DNA of 64,000 bases from a virus. The notes beneath the pieces are model-generated. The model saw only the letters and a list, made by a program, of their open reading frames with translations, searched no databases and was not told where the DNA came from. Positions 38,007 to 46,848 of this stretch are shown one piece after another. Location: IMG/VR virus record IMGVR_UViG_3300031787_000005; one strand, given 5' to 3'. The number at the start of each line of letters is the position of its first letter. Within the stretch, counting starts at the first letter, position 1. A program made the position numbers and the translations under genes.

Positions 38007-38677
38007 TCGATGTCAATATATTCTTTCAGGTAATCTACACTCAAGTCAAACGAAAGATAGAGTCGATCTTGGTCCTTACTTTCATTCTTCATGCTGATAA
38101 AATATGGACCTTGATCTCGAAATGCCAGAATATCTCCATCACTCCAGGTTCGAGTCTCATCACCAACAGTAATCGTGGCAGCATCATCGTCCCAGGCAAG
38201 TCCCAGATGCACTCGTACATATTCTTTAGTCCAACCTTTATGACGATTCACCACACAACCAGGATAAAGTGTGCCGAGGAAAGCATTCGCCAGTTTCTTA
38301 TCTCGTTCTGCTCTCCAGATCAGATTATGAAGTACAGGTAGACCACGCTTACGCAGTTTCCTAATAGTATCATCCAGACTCAGATCGAGTTTCTTCTCTT
38401 GTTCTTCCTTAAATTCAAGGAACTCTGGACTTACAGACTTCTCCTCATCAACATAACCAACAGGAAGAGTTGTCCAGTTACCAGTATACAATGGATTCTG
38501 ATCTCCAGTATCAGGATCCACAACCAAAGGATTGAAATAAGGAAGCGACCAGTGTGCTGCCATACCAGCAAAATGAGTCAGTTCAATATAAAGTTTATCA
38601 AAGTTTTCAATCAATGAAGCACAGATAGGTTCCTTTCCTTGCTTCAGTTTAAAATCCCAAAATGCAGGTTCTGTCAT
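38003..38677 (-). CDS. Asp/Asn beta-hydroxylase-family protein, paralogue 3 (distal His missing)
   Basis: PGCVVNRHKG..RVHLGL..RTWSDGDILAFRD, but PYFISM in place of PYYHSV. Confidence 0.8.
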   Translation of the reverse strand: MTEPAFWDFKLKQGKEPICASLIENFDKLYIELTHFAGMAAHWSLPYFNPLVVDPDTGDQNPLYTGNWTTLPVGYVDEEKSVSPEFLEFKEEQEKKLDLSLDDTIRKLRKRGLPVLHNLIWRAERDKKLANAFLGTLYPGCVVNRHKGWTKEYVRVHLGLAWDDDAATITVGDETRTWSDGDILAFRDQGPYFISMKNESKDQDRLYLSFDLSVDYLKEYIDIE

Positions 38678-38704
38678 ACTTAAATCTCCACTTGTAGTAT
38701 TATA

Positions 38705-39895
38705 TCACACTTCGATGACTTGACTGATACACTTACCACCAAAGGCAAATGAATTGTTGAGAGTGCGAAGTGTTCGGTTTGGTAGTTCTAGATTCTCCTT
38801 GACAAGACATTCTTTTCTGTCAAGTGAACATTTATTTAGGTTCTGGATGTGAGGGATGACTCTGTTCTTCATCGACTCAATTGCATAGATTGTTTCAAGA
38901 ATACTAGCAGCGCCGATTGTATGCCCAATCTTACTCTTTGGTGCATAGATTGGAGTCTTATCAAGAACATCCGTGATTGCCATATATTCAATCGGATCAC
39001 CAATGAATGTGGAGGTTGCATGACCCGATACAGCATCAATGATCATGGGCATAGGACTATGCATATCAGCGTTCTTCAGCGCCTTTGTAATCGCTATCTT
39101 GGCGCCTCTGGCATCAGGTGCTGGAGCAGTCATATCCAGGGCATCAGACGCCATTCCAGCGGGGTATAGAGTGGCGTGAATGGTGCTACCATACTCCTTT
39201 GCCTTCTGACTGGATTGTAGGATCAGGCATCCAGCACCATCACCCATCATGAAACCTTCACGCTTGTCATCAAATGGGCAGTTATAGTTTCCAAGGGCAC
39301 CAAGTGCCTGAAAATATAACATCAGTTCCACGTTCACATTATAGTCAGACGATCCAACCACAACATATTCATATTCATCACACAGGCGTTGAGCATACTC
39401 CATGGTAAACATTGAGGTTGCACATGATGCCAACATGGAAACAGATGCTCCCATGAATCCATAATGTCCACACAGGTGAGATGGAATCATATCAGGCAGA
39501 ATGTTTACCAGTTTCCGCAGATTGATTCGCTTGTTATTATACAAATCATTTACAATCTTGTTACCTGCCTCATAGGAATTAGAAGCAGATGAAAAGATCA
39601 CGGCAACTTCCTGCTGTGGTTTCAGACCAGACATCTTAAGTGCCTGCTCTACAACATGGAATGCAAGAAGTTGTGACCTTGTGTAGGTTCGCATCAATTT
39701 GGGATCAAGATCTGGCAGTTGTAGAGTTTCATAGTCTACCATCAGACCCCTGGTGATCTTTTCACCCCGTTCAATCATGGGATGAAAATCCACAGAATAA
39801 TCTACATCATCCAAAAACCTTGGAAAACAATCGCTAGGATTGTTACCCAAAGCGTCAATCATTCCATAACCAACAACATGGACTGGATTAACCAT
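38705..39895 (-). CDS. fabF: Beta-ketoacyl-ACP synthase (FabF/FabB-type)
   Basis: Cys-His-His triad (ASCATS, GHATST, KSKIGHTIGAA), PFDDKREGFMMGDGAG, NNSFAFGG. Confidence 0.88.
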   Translation of the reverse strand: MVNPVHVVGYGMIDALGNNPSDCFPRFLDDVDYSVDFHPMIERGEKITRGLMVDYETLQLPDLDPKLMRTYTRSQLLAFHVVEQALKMSGLKPQQEVAVIFSSASNSYEAGNKIVNDLYNNKRINLRKLVNILPDMIPSHLCGHYGFMGASVSMLASCATSMFTMEYAQRLCDEYEYVVVGSSDYNVNVELMLYFQALGALGNYNCPFDDKREGFMMGDGAGCLILQSSQKAKEYGSTIHATLYPAGMASDALDMTAPAPDARGAKIAITKALKNADMHSPMPMIIDAVSGHATSTFIGDPIEYMAITDVLDKTPIYAPKSKIGHTIGAASILETIYAIESMKNRVIPHIQNLNKCSLDRKECLVKENLELPNRTLRTLNNSFAFGGKCISQVIEV

Positions 39896-40131
39896 TACTC
39901 GTCATCTCCACGATTAAAAAATGTACCAAAGAAACCAGAATCACCTGGTTTTCGGTTTTCGAGTTTGTCAAGCAAGGAATCTGTAGTCTGTAGAGATTCA
40001 ATACGACTGATTAGATCAGCGATCACACTACAAACCATCGGACGCTCTTGACGTGCAGCATATGCTAATGCATTTCGCAGAGATTGCTCTGCTTCCTTTA
40101 ACGATTCTTCAACAGATTGTGATAGTGCCAT
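39895..40131 (-). CDS. Hypothetical protein
   Basis: MALSQSVEESLKEAEQSLRNALAYAARQERP; TAATG-coupled to fabF. Confidence 0.7.
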   Translation of the reverse strand: MALSQSVEESLKEAEQSLRNALAYAARQERPMVCSVIADLISRIESLQTTDSLLDKLENRKPGDSGFFGTFFNRGDDE

Positions 40132-40343
40132 ACTTCAGGGTTCTCCAAGTCTTTACAACGGGGGTAGAAAATGCCATCACGATAGCAGGCATTTTCGGGG
40201 TCTTGTGGATCATATTTTGTCACTTTTGCTGGATAATCTCTAATATTACAGAGTTCTCCTTGTCTGTGTAGGTAATTATCAAGGCATAAACCGCCAACAA
40301 ATGGAGCAAGACCTTGTAGCATATAGAGTGTATACATCAGCAC
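40098..40343 (-). CDS. Hypothetical Cys-containing protein
   Basis: 81-aa ORF filling the gap in the minus-strand gene train. Confidence 0.55.
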   Translation of the reverse strand: MLMYTLYMLQGLAPFVGGLCLDNYLHRQGELCNIRDYPAKVTKYDPQDPENACYRDGIFYPRCKDLENPEVWHYHNLLKNR

Positions 40344-40966
40344 TCATCAGATCCAAGTGGTTTAGTAGATTTACGAATGGTATAAGAACCATCGTTGTTA
40401 TCAATCCAATGGACTGCATCACCTTCTTTGAGGTCTGCTGCTTCTAACAAGTCTTGTGGGAATGAAACAAAGTATTCTGTTTCATCAGTATCCATATCCT
40501 TTGCTTCTTGAACAGGAAGAATCCATCGGGTCACAACATCTTTTTTGACTTCTGGTGTCCATTCATATCCACCTGCTTTACGGATTTCTTCTACTTGAGC
40601 ATCAAGTTCTGCTTTATCACACATCGCATCAAGTTCTTCATCAGTATATCGCACACTACTTACAGTCGTGCCCCAATCTTGAGAAAGATACTCTAAGTCA
40701 CTATGTCCCCAAGGAGGCATACAATCTTCTTCTAATTTTTTATTTTCTTTTACTACAGTTTCCTGCCAAGCAAGTTTAAACTTCTCATCAAACTCGCTCA
40801 GATAATACTCAAGAAACTCATACGCAGCAGACATCATAGTTTCTGCTTTATCATACTGATGTTCTTGAATTTTATCGATCGCAGCGTCAATAATCTCACG
40901 AGCGGAACAAATCTTGGATGTTACCATCTCAAGATCGTTCATTGTGTCCCATACTTTACTTACCAT
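40337..40966 (-). CDS. Hypothetical protein with C-terminal AbrB/MazE-like domain
   Basis: C-terminus EYFVSFPQDLLEAADLKEGDAVHWIDNNDGSYTIRK. Confidence 0.6.
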   Translation of the reverse strand: MVSKVWDTMNDLEMVTSKICSAREIIDAAIDKIQEHQYDKAETMMSAAYEFLEYYLSEFDEKFKLAWQETVVKENKKLEEDCMPPWGHSDLEYLSQDWGTTVSSVRYTDEELDAMCDKAELDAQVEEIRKAGGYEWTPEVKKDVVTRWILPVQEAKDMDTDETEYFVSFPQDLLEAADLKEGDAVHWIDNNDGSYTIRKSTKPLGSDEC

Positions 40967-41123
40967 GACGTTTGAGTTCTTCTTCAATTGCTTGCTGTAC
41001 TATAACTGAAACTTCTTTGGATGTCAACCCATTCAACCATTTCCAGTTTGGGTCTTCTGGATCCCAGTCCATTGTGAACGACCCATCCTCATTCTGTGTT
41101 ATCTTAAGACTATCAGCAGTCAT
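40956..41123 (-). CDS. Hypothetical 55-aa protein
   Basis: Manual translation MTADSLKITQNEDGSFTMDWDPEDPNWKWLNGLT... Confidence 0.65.
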   Translation of the reverse strand: MTADSLKITQNEDGSFTMDWDPEDPNWKWLNGLTSKEVSVIVQQAIEEELKRHGK

Positions 41124-41298
41124 CGCAGTCAGTATCCTTGTGTTTCTTACGAATTTTTTTAAGTTGTTTGAGTTCTTCCTTAATCATTTTATAAGCAGCA
41201 TCACTATCAATCTTATCACCTATTTCTAGAGCAACAATAATGTCCACACGAGTTCCAAAATGTGCTAGTGCTTTTTCAAAACAATCTAGATCATACAT
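41113..41298 (-). CDS. Hypothetical protein
   Basis: FEKALAHFGTRVDIIVALE..KI...AY..IK.ELK.LKK. Confidence 0.7.
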   Translation of the reverse strand: MYDLDCFEKALAHFGTRVDIIVALEIGDKIDSDAAYKMIKEELKQLKKIRKKHKDTDCDDC

Positions 41299-41530
41299 TG
41301 TCTTTAGTCTCCTTAATCCATTGTTCTGCTGTCAAAATATCTATGCGAGCATCAACAGCATCAATAGAATTCATCAGTTCATACAAACAATTAGATGTTT
41401 CTACGTTTTCTGCTTCAAGTGCAGTAATTCTATCCTGAAGTTCAATCAACTTTGAATAAGTGTCAATTTCTTCAACAATAAGTTTTTGTGAAGGAGCAAA
41501 AAACCAATCAACAAATCGCCTAATCATCAT
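41291..41530 (-). CDS. Hypothetical coiled-coil protein
   Basis: LEAENVETSNCLYELMNSIDAVDARID. Confidence 0.65.
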   Translation of the reverse strand: MMIRRFVDWFFAPSQKLIVEEIDTYSKLIELQDRITALEAENVETSNCLYELMNSIDAVDARIDILTAEQWIKETKDNV

Positions 41531-41691
41531 AATACACCTACAGATTTTAGATAGTTACGATAACTCATATATCGTCTTATGCTTGGTTGATTCTTCACAT
41601 CTAGTTGATGGCAAATTTCACAATAACACAACCACTCATACCAGGGTGTGGTAGGATCTAACTCATGATATGGGTAATCAGAGTTTTCCAC
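41527..41691 (-). CDS. Hypothetical 54-aa protein
   Basis: Manual translation from GTG: MENSDYPYHELDPTTPWYEWLCYCEICHQLD... Confidence 0.6.
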   Translation of the reverse strand: MENSDYPYHELDPTTPWYEWLCYCEICHQLDVKNQPSIRRYMSYRNYLKSVGVL

Positions 41692-41884
41692 CTACTTGCC
41701 CATCATAAGTTTTGGTTTCAGGCCAACCTTCCTGCCGTCCTTTAAGATAAAAACGGGTGCCTGATATACATGACTCTTCAGTGAGAGCCGTGACCAATCC
41801 TTTTCCTTCAAGGTCTGTTGAATCCCATAGTCCATACTTTTTTTTCTCAACATAAAAGCAATCGTCAATTAGTTTCTTTTCCAT
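41678..41884 (-). CDS. Hypothetical protein
   Basis: 68 aa ending YDGQVGGKL. Confidence 0.65.
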   Translation of the reverse strand: MEKKLIDDCFYVEKKKYGLWDSTDLEGKGLVTALTEESCISGTRFYLKGRQEGWPETKTYDGQVGGKL

Positions 41885-42032
41885 CTTTGTTTATGTAGGG
41901 ATGAGGTGCATAAAGAGGACCAGGATAATTTCCAGCAAACTTTTGATACGCTTTAAGTGCAGCAATTACCTCTGGGGTCTCCTCCCAGTTCCACTCATTA
42001 CCATTTTTGTCAGTAAAAGTTCTTAAAGTCAT
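41865..42032 (-). CDS. Hypothetical 55-aa protein
   Basis: Manual translation MTLRTFTDKNGNEWNWEETPEVIAAL...; ATGA-coupled. Confidence 0.6.
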   Translation of the reverse strand: MTLRTFTDKNGNEWNWEETPEVIAALKAYQKFAGNYPGPLYAPHPYINKDGKETN

Positions 42033-43063
42033 AGAGTAATCCAGCGATTGTTTTTAAGTGTCCATTGAGTTACTTCTGCGATACGTTCTCTAACAGACTT
42101 AGAAGGAACCCATCCCAGTTGCTTCATTTTATCACCATCAAGGGCATAACGCAAATCATGTCCAGGACGAGAAGAATGAAAATCTACCAAATCATACTTC
42201 AGTTCTTTTCCTTGGGCTTCGGCAATGATTTGTGCAAGTTCCAAGTTATTGAGCTCTTCCGCTCCGACAATGTTAAACTTAGGACACTTAGCATTACCCC
42301 AAGTAGGTTCGAACTTACCCTCATAATTTAACAGAAATAGAACAGCAGATGCGACATCTTCGGCATGAATGTAATGGCGAGAACCAGGAATCGTTCTGGT
42401 AGAATCACTATGAATCGTCACATTTTCACCATCACGAATCCGTTTGATGCACATCGGAATATACTTCTCAGGATGTTGACGCTCACCAAACACATTCATT
42501 GTGTGGGTGATGTAAATTGGAAGATTATATGTATTTTCATAAGCAACAGCAAGTTCTTCACCACCTGCCTTGGTTGCACTATAAGGATTAGTCGAATTAT
42601 AACGATCATTCTCCTTATATTTGATTCCGTTTGGTGCAGGACCAAAAACTTCATCAGTACCAAAATAGACAAATCGTTCCAGATTATCTTTCTGAAGACG
42701 TGCAAATTCAAGAATGTTACAGGTCGCAACAACATTATCCATGACAAATTCCATGGGATAAAGAATGCTACGATCAACATGAGATCCAGCAGCAAGGTGT
42801 AGAATGTAATCTACATTACCAATCTCAGAGCGAACCAAAGGATTGAGTTCTGCCTTCAAATCATGGTGAACAATCTTCACACGCTTACGAACTTCAGGAT
42901 CAAATGAAAGCATCAGATCGTGAAGACGATTTAGATTTCCACTATAATCAAGACGATCAAGTGTGATCACTTCCCAATCAGTTGTCTTGAGAATTTGTCC
43001 AATCAGATGGTGAGCAATGAAACCTGCACCACCAGTAATAAGTGCTCTTTTAGTCATAGTCAT
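42029..43063 (-). CDS. rmlB: NAD-dependent epimerase/dehydratase (dTDP-glucose 4,6-dehydratase, RmlB-like)
   Basis: LITGGAGFIA, HLAAGSHVDRS, GTDEVFG, PYSATKAG, FGERQHPEK, RPGHDLRYA. Confidence 0.85.
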   Translation of the reverse strand: MTMTKRALITGGAGFIAHHLIGQILKTTDWEVITLDRLDYSGNLNRLHDLMLSFDPEVRKRVKIVHHDLKAELNPLVRSEIGNVDYILHLAAGSHVDRSILYPMEFVMDNVVATCNILEFARLQKDNLERFVYFGTDEVFGPAPNGIKYKENDRYNSTNPYSATKAGGEELAVAYENTYNLPIYITHTMNVFGERQHPEKYIPMCIKRIRDGENVTIHSDSTRTIPGSRHYIHAEDVASAVLFLLNYEGKFEPTWGNAKCPKFNIVGAEELNNLELAQIIAEAQGKELKYDLVDFHSSRPGHDLRYALDGDKMKQLGWVPSKSVRERIAEVTQWTLKNNRWITL

Positions 43064-43233
43064 TCTTCAAATTTGTAACTAAGTTTAATATCTTTTTTCT
43101 TTAGTTTGTAGCGATCAATGTGCTTTTGTCGGTGTGCTTCTGATTCAAAGTAACATTTGCGAGTCTCATTCCCTTCCTTATACACAAGTTTCCAAGGGAA
43201 TCCGTCAAAGGGGAATTCTTCAGTGTGTTCCAT
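43060..43233 (-). CDS. Hypothetical 57-aa protein
   Basis: Manual translation MEHTEEFPFDGFPWKLVYKEGNETRKCYFESEAHRQKHIDRYKLK... Confidence 0.65.
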   Translation of the reverse strand: MEHTEEFPFDGFPWKLVYKEGNETRKCYFESEAHRQKHIDRYKLKKKDIKLSYKFEE

Positions 43234-43391
43234 TAAGTTGGTTGTTCTCTCCGTTGAGTATACACTGAATCAAACAATTCGTCAAGCACTTCCCCACACT
43301 CAACATAAGTTTTAGGGTCATATGTACTCTGTTCTTGATAACGGCGAACCGCAGTATAAATGAGTCTATATTGTTCAGATGTAAAGTCCAT
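43233..43391 (-). CDS. Hypothetical 52-aa protein
   Basis: Manual translation MDFTSEQYRLIYTAVRRYQ...; TAATG coupling at both ends. Confidence 0.65.
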   Translation of the reverse strand: MDFTSEQYRLIYTAVRRYQEQSTYDPKTYVECGEVLDELFDSVYTQRREQPT

Positions 43392-44164
43392 TAGAAAAAA
43401 ATCCTCCAAATACCATCACAAAGTAATCCATGTCCTTGCATTGTAATTCTCCTTTCATTTTCTTCAAGAGATATGAAAGGTGCAATCTGATGAAGCAATA
43501 CTCCTTTAAAGAAGAAAGATTCTCCAAGATTATATGATACCACACTATCTGGTGGTCTATGATTTAGATACTCTTGATAGTGACTTAAACCCCTGACATA
43601 ATCAGATAGTTCTTTATTCGTATCATATTGTTTTAGTACAGATTCATCCCATATTGCTAATCCACTACCACATTTAGGAGATTCAAGAAGCAATGTCCAG
43701 GTTAATGAATTATGAATTGTTACATCCTTGAATTTTGCCCATACCATCCTTGCTTTTTGATGTGCATATGGTCTATCCTCATGAATTTTAAATAAAGGTT
43801 TTTGACTCAACTTCATTGTGAGTTTATTATTTAATTGTCCAGGAGGGTGCCCAAGTACATGAAACCCAGGATGACCAAGATCATCTATAATTTCACATGG
43901 TCCTATCTGCTCAGTAAGTTTTTCAATGACAAGATCATAAATCCATTCGAAATTCTTTTTCAAAATTGGATTCATTTTATTCATCTGGGCAGTATATCTT
44001 TCAGAATGAGTCATTCCTTCTTGATAACTGGTGGACCCTATGGTATAAAAATCCCAGGGTTCTGGTTCTCTCCTGACCCAATATTCATAAAGGTCATCAA
44101 CAATACCTACAGCAGTTTTACATTGTTCATCATTGAGAACTTTTATAAATCCATGTCTTTTCAT
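43391..44164 (-). CDS. 2OG-Fe(II) oxygenase
   Basis: PGFHV, IHED (HxD), LLHQIAP, RITMQGH. Confidence 0.75.
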   Translation of the reverse strand: MKRHGFIKVLNDEQCKTAVGIVDDLYEYWVRREPEPWDFYTIGSTSYQEGMTHSERYTAQMNKMNPILKKNFEWIYDLVIEKLTEQIGPCEIIDDLGHPGFHVLGHPPGQLNNKLTMKLSQKPLFKIHEDRPYAHQKARMVWAKFKDVTIHNSLTWTLLLESPKCGSGLAIWDESVLKQYDTNKELSDYVRGLSHYQEYLNHRPPDSVVSYNLGESFFFKGVLLHQIAPFISLEENERRITMQGHGLLCDGIWRIFF

Positions 44165-44556
44165 CGACCAGTAATATCTGCATAGTCTTGAAGTTTACCA
44201 TATCTAAAGTGTAATCTCAAGCGGGGCCAATCTTCCCACTTACCCTCCCATTCAGCAGGATACACTTCGACATACTTGGTGATATGATGTGGTTGAAATT
44301 TGCCATGCTGACCAGTTGGAATCCATTCAAAGTTTAGAAACCTTGCTGTATCATTATATCGCTCATCATCCTCTGAGATTGTCTCAAAGGTATGTGTGCC
44401 ATTATAACTTGGATACCACAACTGACCACTGGGATCTAACCAGTAGTCAGTCATTGTACCACCAATACCCTCTTCGATGTCTTTGGTTTGGCACACTACA
44501 TTAGTGAACTGCTTACCCAAATCATAGGATGATCTAAAATAATCAAACATTCCCAT
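44161..44556 (-). CDS. Conserved hypothetical protein
   Basis: MGMFDYFRSSYDLG..CQTKD..YWLDPSGQL. Confidence 0.7.
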   Translation of the reverse strand: MGMFDYFRSSYDLGKQFTNVVCQTKDIEEGIGGTMTDYWLDPSGQLWYPSYNGTHTFETISEDDERYNDTARFLNFEWIPTGQHGKFQPHHITKYVEVYPAEWEGKWEDWPRLRLHFRYGKLQDYADITGR

Positions 44557-44558
44557 TC

Positions 44559-45032
44559 TTATTCTCCAAGTGTATGAATGACTGGTTTTTCGTGTGCTAG
44601 AATATGATATAGATCTTTATTTTTTGCTGCTGATACTGGAACAAACTCCGTCTCTGGATCAAACTCATCATCACGAATGGCTTGATTGATGACAATAGAA
44701 CCATCAGCACCAGAATATGAACGATGGAAAGTCATTTTAGGGATGACTAGAGCGCCTGAACTGCGATTTAAATGAACGATATGGTAAGGGTAACGCCATT
44801 CTGGATTGACAAGTTCAAATGTGCGAAGTCCAGATAGCACACGATTGTGGTCTATCTGGTGATAGTGAATATAAAATTGTTTGGCGCCTACAATATCATC
44901 TGGTGGTGAGATAGCAGCACCAGTATGACATACAAGGTCTTGTGCATTAGATCCATCTACTGAAATATCATAGAATACAACCGCTTCTGTTTCACGGAAT
45001 ACTCTGTGTTTTTTGAATTGAACTTCGCTCAT
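44559..45032 (-). CDS. Cupin protein (RmlC/sugar epimerase-like, cyanobacterial type)
   Basis: FRETEAVVFYDI, QFYIHYHQIDHNRV, ALVIP..FHRS.SG. Confidence 0.65.
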   Translation of the reverse strand: MSEVQFKKHRVFRETEAVVFYDISVDGSNAQDLVCHTGAAISPPDDIVGAKQFYIHYHQIDHNRVLSGLRTFELVNPEWRYPYHIVHLNRSSGALVIPKMTFHRSYSGADGSIVINQAIRDDEFDPETEFVPVSAAKNKDLYHILAHEKPVIHTLGE

Positions 45033-45226
45033 TAGTCGTAAACGTTTTGCTCCTGTTGTATTCTATCTAGGTGATGGTAAATCGTCTCTTGAGAGTACTT
45101 AAATTCTTCAAATCTTTGTGGATTATTTTTCTGCATTTTGGTAAGCATATTAATCCATTGATATCGACTATCAACGACCCAACCATAACGTCGTTCGTCT
45201 TGCATCATGTCGTAAATGGAAATCAT
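45032..45226 (-). CDS. Hypothetical protein
   Basis: 64-aa coupled ORF. Confidence 0.6.
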   Translation of the reverse strand: MISIYDMMQDERRYGWVVDSRYQWINMLTKMQKNNPQRFEEFKYSQETIYHHLDRIQQEQNVYD

Positions 45227-45426
45227 TGGAACCCCTTCGTTTTCTTTTTCTTCTGTGGAATGTCAAGAACTTCAATGTGACTTAAAAAACCAGATGGACT
45301 ATTCCACCAAGTTAATTGAACATCTTCAAAGTTATCAAAAATAACTTCTTTACCATTTGTGGACACCAACTTATAGTGATGGCGATCATAAGGTTTATCA
45401 CAAGTTTGTTTAAATGTTTCAGTCAT
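45223..45426 (-). CDS. Hypothetical protein
   Basis: FKQTCDKPYDRHHYK..FD..EDVQ..WW..KGF. Confidence 0.65.
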   Translation of the reverse strand: MTETFKQTCDKPYDRHHYKLVSTNGKEVIFDNFEDVQLTWWNSPSGFLSHIEVLDIPQKKKKTKGFQ

Positions 45427-45665
45427 TTTGGACAATGTAAAAAGTATTTGTATTCGGCAAGGGCACCATAATGCCATTGTACCACATCACAATCCTTATA
45501 CTTACTCACAACATTGTAAGTGCCGTGATTGGGTTCAGGTTGTTCCACTTTTGTCTCTGGTTCTTTGACATCCAATGCTACACCCACCATATAAAATAGT
45601 GAGAGAGATGCCATACCCAATACTACTCCAAGTATCACGGCACGATAATAATCAAAGTTTCTCAT
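45423..45665 (-). CDS. Hypothetical membrane protein
   Basis: N-terminal TM segment, then VVSKYKDCDVVQW. Confidence 0.6.
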   Translation of the reverse strand: MRNFDYYRAVILGVVLGMASLSLFYMVGVALDVKEPETKVEQPEPNHGTYNVVSKYKDCDVVQWHYGALAEYKYFLHCPK

Positions 45666-45835
45666 TGTTCTTTAACAACACAAGACGAAGTACATTTGAG
45701 ATCACCAGAAGACCCAGACACTGTAGAATTATGTTGAGGTGTCCTCTCTGGTGTTAGATTATAGGACACAATCGCAGAAATGAAAAACGCAAGTGCGGGA
45801 ATCGCAACATATTGAAGATAAGTTTTACTACTCAT
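45662..45835 (-). CDS. Hypothetical membrane protein (57 aa)
   Basis: Manual translation MSSKTYLQYVAIPALAFFISAIVSYNL...; ATGA-coupled. Confidence 0.55.
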   Translation of the reverse strand: MSSKTYLQYVAIPALAFFISAIVSYNLTPERTPQHNSTVSGSSGDLKCTSSCVVKEQ

Positions 45836-46032
45836 AATGCTTCTACCTCATCAGCAATTTTATTTAATACATCAACAGGATGTTCCAACTCACCCCAATC
45901 GGTACAAAGTCGGTCTGCTGCTTCACGAATCACACGAGCAATCAACTTCTGTCTATCGCCACTTTTAGGACGCATAGAAAGTTCCATCGTTGATTCCAAG
46001 ATTTGTAGGGCTCTGGTAGTCATTTTAATCAT
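45832..46032 (-). CDS. Hypothetical protein
   Basis: 66-aa coupled ORF. Confidence 0.6.
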   Translation of the reverse strand: MIKMTTRALQILESTMELSMRPKSGDRQKLIARVIREAADRLCTDWGELEHPVDVLNKIADEVEAL

Positions 46033-46366
46033 CCCAAGGTGCTTTACGACTTAATACTCTGGCAATCTTTTTATCATACTCTGGTGGTTTGTTAATTGCT
46101 TCTACCAGTTTATCATATGCTTCTTCTGAAACATAAACAACTGGTGGTTTTTGACCTAATCTCAACTTACGTTCTGGTGAAGGAATGTGTCCATAAAATA
46201 CATCATCATAAGGATAGATGTAGTCATCATACCATCCAGATGATAGTGCCTCCCAGAACTCATCATAACTATATTCATCACCTGCAATATAACAATCCCA
46301 GGCATACAGAAAGTCGTGGAAACCTTCAAGGAATAGTTCCCATTTTGTTGGGTTTTCAAATCTCAC
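46025..46366 (-). CDS. Hypothetical protein
   Basis: 113-aa coupled ORF. Confidence 0.6.
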   Translation of the reverse strand: MRFENPTKWELFLEGFHDFLYAWDCYIAGDEYSYDEFWEALSSGWYDDYIYPYDDVFYGHIPSPERKLRLGQKPPVVYVSEEAYDKLVEAINKPPEYDKKIARVLSRKAPWDD

Positions 46367-46548
46367 GGGGTCTCATCACTCCAATAATAACGCAGTTTAT
46401 CACTATCCGCAGAAATATTCAAGTGATAGATTTTATCATCTTCTGTATAAACACCAATCCAAAGTGTGCGTTCATTCATACTTTCAAGATGAAACATTTG
46501 AATGTCTTGAAGCACAATTTCGTCTGGATTTTCTTGAAATCTACTCAT
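46363..46548 (-). CDS. Hypothetical protein
   Basis: NPDEIVLQDIQMFHLESMNERTLWIGVY. Confidence 0.65.
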   Translation of the reverse strand: MSRFQENPDEIVLQDIQMFHLESMNERTLWIGVYTEDDKIYHLNISADSDKLRYYWSDETP

Positions 46549-46847
46549 TTCAATACCTCCGTTACAGTTGCTTGACCATACTCTTCAATCTTCAAGAGTT
46601 CCATCACATAACCCTCAAAGTCAGTTTCATCCTTCTCATAGATGACGTGACCATGATTATTATCACTCTCTGTGTGATTATCAAGGTAGTCACCAATCAC
46701 CAGAAAGATTGCCGCAGTTCGTGCCTTATCGTGTTCTGTTAGGTGCTGATGTGGATGTGCTACGATATTCATAATCGTGTTGAAGAGTTCTGCTCTGGTA
46801 TAAGAGAACGCAGGTGCTTCTTCGTTCAGTTCATAAGGGTTTCTCAT
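46545..46847 (-). CDS. Hypothetical protein
   Basis: MRNPYELN..., ATG 46847. Confidence 0.6.
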   Translation of the reverse strand: MRNPYELNEEAPAFSYTRAELFNTIMNIVAHPHQHLTEHDKARTAAIFLVIGDYLDNHTESDNNHGHVIYEKDETDFEGYVMELLKIEEYGQATVTEVLK

Positions 46848-46848
46848 C

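Noticed and set aside
36400-41300. Acyl carrier protein near fabF
   Set aside because: No small ORF with a (G/D)xDSL phosphopantetheine motif was found
43063-43391. wcaG-type structured RNA upstream of the epimerase
   Set aside because: The interval is fully occupied by two translationally coupled ORFs and I saw no such motif
45700-45790. TATAAT as an additional promoter cassette
   Set aside because: It lies inside a coupled 57-aa ORF and has no dyad at the expected spacing
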